From: Gammaproteobacteria bacterium
GTDB lineage: Bacteria; Pseudomonadota; Gammaproteobacteria; UBA6002
Reading direction: 5' to 3'
Length of the DNA stretch: 64,000 bases
NCBI GenBank assembly: GCA_013697705.1
Contig: JACCWJ010000004.1
Location: 30,938 to 94,937, forward strand
A program made the translations under genes and the position numbers. The stretch's first letter is position 1, and the number at the start of each line of letters is the position of its first letter. This document shows, in pieces, positions 62,898-64,000 of the stretch. Under the pieces are notes generated by a model that saw nothing but the letters and a program-made list of their open reading frames with translations, was not told the DNA's origin and made no database searches.

Positions 62898-64000
62898 TTA
62901 AGAATAAATTCCAGCTTGTTTTAACAGAGCTTCCACAGACGGTTCACGTCCTCTAAATGCAATGAAAAGTTCCATAGGATCTTTTGCGCCGCCCTGCTCT
63001 AAAATATTTTCCATAAATGATCGTCCAGTTTCTTCATCGAAAATACCCTGCTCCGTAAATTTTGAGAAAGCGTCGCTTGAGAGAACTTCTGCCCATTTGT
63101 AACTATAATATCCCGCTGCGTATCCCCCAGAGAAAATATGAGAGAAGCCATGTTGAAAACGATTAAACTCTGGAATAGGAATGACGCACACTTGTTCGCG
63201 TGCTTCATCTAAAAATCGTTGTATTTGTTGTTCTTCTGCTTCATTGAAAAACATATGTAGGTGGAAGTCAAAAATCGCAAATTCAAGTTGTCGCACCATT
63301 TGCATGGCTGAATGAAAATTACGAGCTCGAATCATTTTGTCGAACAAATCTTGCGGCAGTGCCTCACCTGTTTTGTAATGACAGGCCATTAAATCAAGTG
63401 CAGGTTTTTCCCAGCACCAATTTTCTAAAAACTGACTCGGTAGTTCTACGGCATCCCATGGTACACCATTGATTCCAGAGACTTCAGCATAATCAATCTT
63501 GGTGAGCAAATGGTGTAGTCCGTGGCCAAATTCATGAAACAGTGTTTGCACATCGTCATGCGTAAAAAGAGCAGGGTCACCGCCGACAGGTCGGTTAAAA
63601 TTACAGGTTAAATAAGCGATAGGCGTTTGAACGTGCGAGTTAATGAGCCGCCTAACGCGACACTCATCCATCCAGGCGCCGCCTCTTTTGTTGGGGCGTG
63701 CATATAAGTCCAAATAAAATTGTCCACGAAGTTCGCCATCTTGACCGTAAATATTAAAAAATTTAACATCGGGATGCCAAACTTCTACTCCTTGTACTTC
63801 ATGGATAACGATACCAAATAACTTATTTACTATTTTGAAAAGGCCTTGCACGACTTGATCTTCGGGAAAATAGGGTCTGAGGTCTTCTTGTGAAATGTTG
63901 TAGCGGAATTCACGCAATTTTTCGCTGTAATAAGCAACGTCCCACGCAGCTATTTTTTCAATGGCGTATTTTTCTTTAACGAATCCATTGAGTTCATTAT
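62898..64000 (-). CDS. prlC: Oligopeptidase A (M3 family), C-terminal ~365 aa; gene continues beyond window end
   Basis: HEFGHGLHH zinc motif; hand translation upstream of ORF-track start (which is an internal TTG) continues ...AWDVAYYSEKLREFRYNISQEDLRPYFPE aligning with E. coli PrlC; open to position 64000. Confidence 0.88.
   Translation of the reverse strand, partial: NELNGFVKEKYAIEKIAAWDVAYYSEKLREFRYNISQEDLRPYFPEDQVVQGLFKIVNKLFGIVIHEVQGVEVWHPDVKFFNIYGQDGELRGQFYLDLYARPNKRGGAWMDECRVRRLINSHVQTPIAYLTCNFNRPVGGDPALFTHDDVQTLFHEFGHGLHHLLTKIDYAEVSGINGVPWDAVELPSQFLENWCWEKPALDLMACHYKTGEALPQDLFDKMIRARNFHSAMQMVRQLEFAIFDFHLHMFFNEAEEQQIQRFLDEAREQVCVIPIPEFNRFQHGFSHIFSGGYAAGYYSYKWAEVLSSDAFSKFTEQGIFDEETGRSFMENILEQGGAKDPMELFIAFRGREPSVEALLKQAGIYS

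Overview
Origin-proximal housekeeping region of a low-GC (~40%) gammaproteobacterium. Gene content and order look Legionellales/Coxiellaceae-like, including a Com1-type DsbA next to rpoH, but I cannot confirm the taxon without a search.

Recognisable genes, in order along the window:
- A partial M16 protease running off the window start (minus strand).
- ftsYEX, rpoH, a Com1/DsbA-like oxidoreductase, glyQS, rsmB and uspA (minus strand).
- An orphan DnaA-box/AT-rich region, then rpmH-rnpA-yidD-yidC-mnmE-mnmG-rsmG-parAB, the complete atpIBEFHAGDC operon and glmU.
- A roughly 10-kb block between glmU and an inverted glmS: an orphan Cys-rich secreted protein, hemH, a TIGR01777-type epimerase, cydBA, a MATE pump, a small outer-membrane beta-barrel and polA.
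- tkt-gap-pgk-pyk.
- An HlyD/ABC/ABC-2 efflux set, engB, a NitT/TauT-type ABC importer with fused permease, a KdoO-like dioxygenase, rsmF, an aldehyde dehydrogenase, argR and rsmE.
- DoxX, YheV-like and a secreted pentapeptide-repeat protein in one coupled unit.
- A purine nucleoside phosphorylase, a host-attachment-family protein, a ribosome hibernation factor (HPF) fused to a cold-shock-like domain, a YbaK deacylase, rpiA and a partial oligopeptidase A (prlC) running off the window end.

I found no CRISPR array, IS element, tRNA or rRNA, and no obvious defence island. The non-obvious signals are:
1. A cluster of DnaA boxes plus an AT-rich tract upstream of rpmH, with uspA where dnaA would be expected (oriC/ars-like).
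2. A family of REP-like palindromic hairpins. Three copies sit after pyk (one inverted) and one sits between the MATE and outer-membrane genes with the same 13-nt loop but a different, compensatory stem. Degenerate copies lie after rpoH.
3. A 46-nt degenerate duplicate of the pyk 3' end and small-ORF start, embedded in the spacer between two inverted hairpin copies.
4. A roughly 120-nt intergenic candidate sRNA with five GGA motifs, several in hairpin loops, and a strong rho-independent terminator (CsrB/RsmY/RsmZ-like). It is preceded by a triple 14-bp tandem repeat.
5. Several unusual protein architectures: the HPF fused to a cold-shock-like domain, the NitT-type ABC system with fused duplicated permease and no binding protein, and the DoxX/YheV/pentapeptide-repeat trio.
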